A stretch of 64,000 bases of DNA from Candidatus Gastranaerophilales bacterium. Lineage in GTDB: Bacteria > Cyanobacteriota > Vampirovibrionia > Gastranaerophilales > Gastranaerophilaceae. The stretch lies in contig CALVBS010000003.1 in the NCBI GenBank assembly GCA_944325865.1, positions 11,223 through 75,222 of the forward strand. Reading direction: 5' to 3'. The position numbers were made by a program, and so were the translations under genes. Position 1 is the first letter of the stretch, and every line of letters starts with the position of its first letter. Below, piece after piece: positions 63,320 to 64,000 of this stretch. Under the pieces are notes generated by a model. It was not told the origin of the DNA. It searched no databases and saw nothing but the letters and a program-made list of their open reading frames with translations.

Positions 63320-64000
63320 ATGCAAATTAAGAATAAATCAACCTCTTCTTTCGGCGGGATTACTAAAATATATGCCATAGCTGATTCTCATCAGGAGACA
63401 AGAAAAACTTCTGCATTTCTTTCAAAAATTTTACATGAAAGTAAAGATGAAAATAATGTTCTTCTTCTTAACTGTGGTGATATTTTTAAAGGTATTTATC
63501 CGAAACAGCTTGAGAAAGACTGCTACATAAAAATGAAAGAGGCAAAACCTGATTTGGAAATGGTGATGACGCTCGGTAATAATGATTTCGGGTTCAATAA
63601 AGAAAGTGTGGATTTCCTTATAGAAACAGTGAAAAATTTTGCCTCAAAAGGAATTCATACCGTATGTGCAAATATATTTGACACAACAGGCAAACGTCCG
63701 GAATGGCTCAAACCATATACAATCGTTGAAAGAGACGGGGACAGAAATTTTGTTACAGGTTTCTGTATTGATAATATAAATATCAAAGATTTCGGCATAA
63801 TTCCTAAAAAGCAAAAAGAGGTGCTCCCGGAGATTAATGATGCAATCAAAAGGGAAAACCCTGACAATGTTATTATTCTAAACCATGACTATATGCCTTC
63901 CAGTCAGAATATAGTGAAAACTTCAAAGGAAAACGGCATAAATATTGATTTGGTAATAGGCGGGCATGACCATGATTACGTTCCGCCTGATAAGAGACTT
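63320..64000 (+). CDS. Metallophosphoesterase (5'-nucleotidase/UshA-like N-terminal domain), 3' end outside the window
   Basis: Open frame from ATG63320 (GGAAG SD) to the window end; absent from the ORF track because no stop is reached. IADSH, NCGDIF, LGNNDF, GGHDHD metallophosphatase motifs. Confidence 0.75.
   Translation, partial: MQIKNKSTSSFGGITKIYAIADSHQETRKTSAFLSKILHESKDENNVLLLNCGDIFKGIYPKQLEKDCYIKMKEAKPDLEMVMTLGNNDFGFNKESVDFLIETVKNFASKGIHTVCANIFDTTGKRPEWLKPYTIVERDGDRNFVTGFCIDNINIKDFGIIPKKQKEVLPEINDAIKRENPDNVIILNHDYMPSSQNIVKTSKENGINIDLVIGGHDHDYVPPDKRL

Noticed and set aside
1-64000. Search for rRNA, tRNA, tmRNA, RNase P, CRISPR arrays, IS elements, integrases and prophage genes
   Set aside because: I saw no tRNA-like GGTTCGA/T-arm motifs in the spacers, no repeat-spacer arrays, and no transposase, integrase or phage-like ORFs. 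This was an eye scan only. tRNAscan-SE, Infernal and ISfinder-type searches should confirm it.

Overview
Low-GC (about one-third GC by eye), densely coding bacterial chromosomal window. I saw no rRNA, tRNA, CRISPR array, transposase or integrase. The housekeeping backbone is gdhA, a membrane pyrophosphatase, rlmN, dtd, rimM-trmD, a GH57 glucan enzyme, rimP-nusA, a stand-alone tuf, clpP, a GltD-like oxidoreductase, murI plus an AmiC-like amidase, 5-formyl-THF cyclo-ligase and two CobO-type adenosyltransferase paralogs. Diderm-type envelope genes are interspersed: MlaD, two TonB-C-like proteins, two TrbI/VirB10-like proteins and a VWA protein. There are three prepilin-type genes (FTLAEVLITLGIIG N-termini); one is a truncated remnant and one carries a G11 tract in its leader. 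The gene style is reminiscent of Melainabacteria-like gut lineages, but taxonomy cannot be established from this window. The right-hand third (about 43-63 kb) is a roughly 19-kb glycan-synthesis island. It encodes fcl, an O-acetyltransferase, UDP-glucose 6-dehydrogenase, UDP-xylose synthase, a uronate 4-epimerase-like SDR, five GT2, three GT8, two FkbM modules, one class I methyltransferase and two TupA-like ATP-grasp modules. These lie on two divergent, partly mirror-image paralogous arms. No priming transferase, flippase, polymerase or exporter is present in the window. My best candidate for something undescribed is the diversification architecture of this island. (1) A portable ~30-aa basic module (IFSxKN...KVxxLxGxKIK) is attached N-terminally, C-terminally or as a linker to 10-11 enzymes of five unrelated folds. 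(2) A 135-bp near-perfect direct repeat (terminator, RBS and module-coding 5' end) brackets exactly one ATP-grasp gene. (3) An exact 16-nt tandem duplication holds a bifunctional GT2-DUF616 gene in frame. (4) A C12/G12 tract sits at the 3' end of a GT8-ATP-grasp gene. Secondary items include a phase-variable pilin leader with two start codons in two frames, an unexplained ~350-nt structured-looking leader before an orphan activase, and tandem EF-hand paralogs. Others are a zinc-ribbon/RGG-like protein coupled to rimM, a TonB-like/TrbI-like/VWA divergon, and murI without a canonical start codon. All calls come from reading the ORF translations and the DNA by eye. No database search was run.
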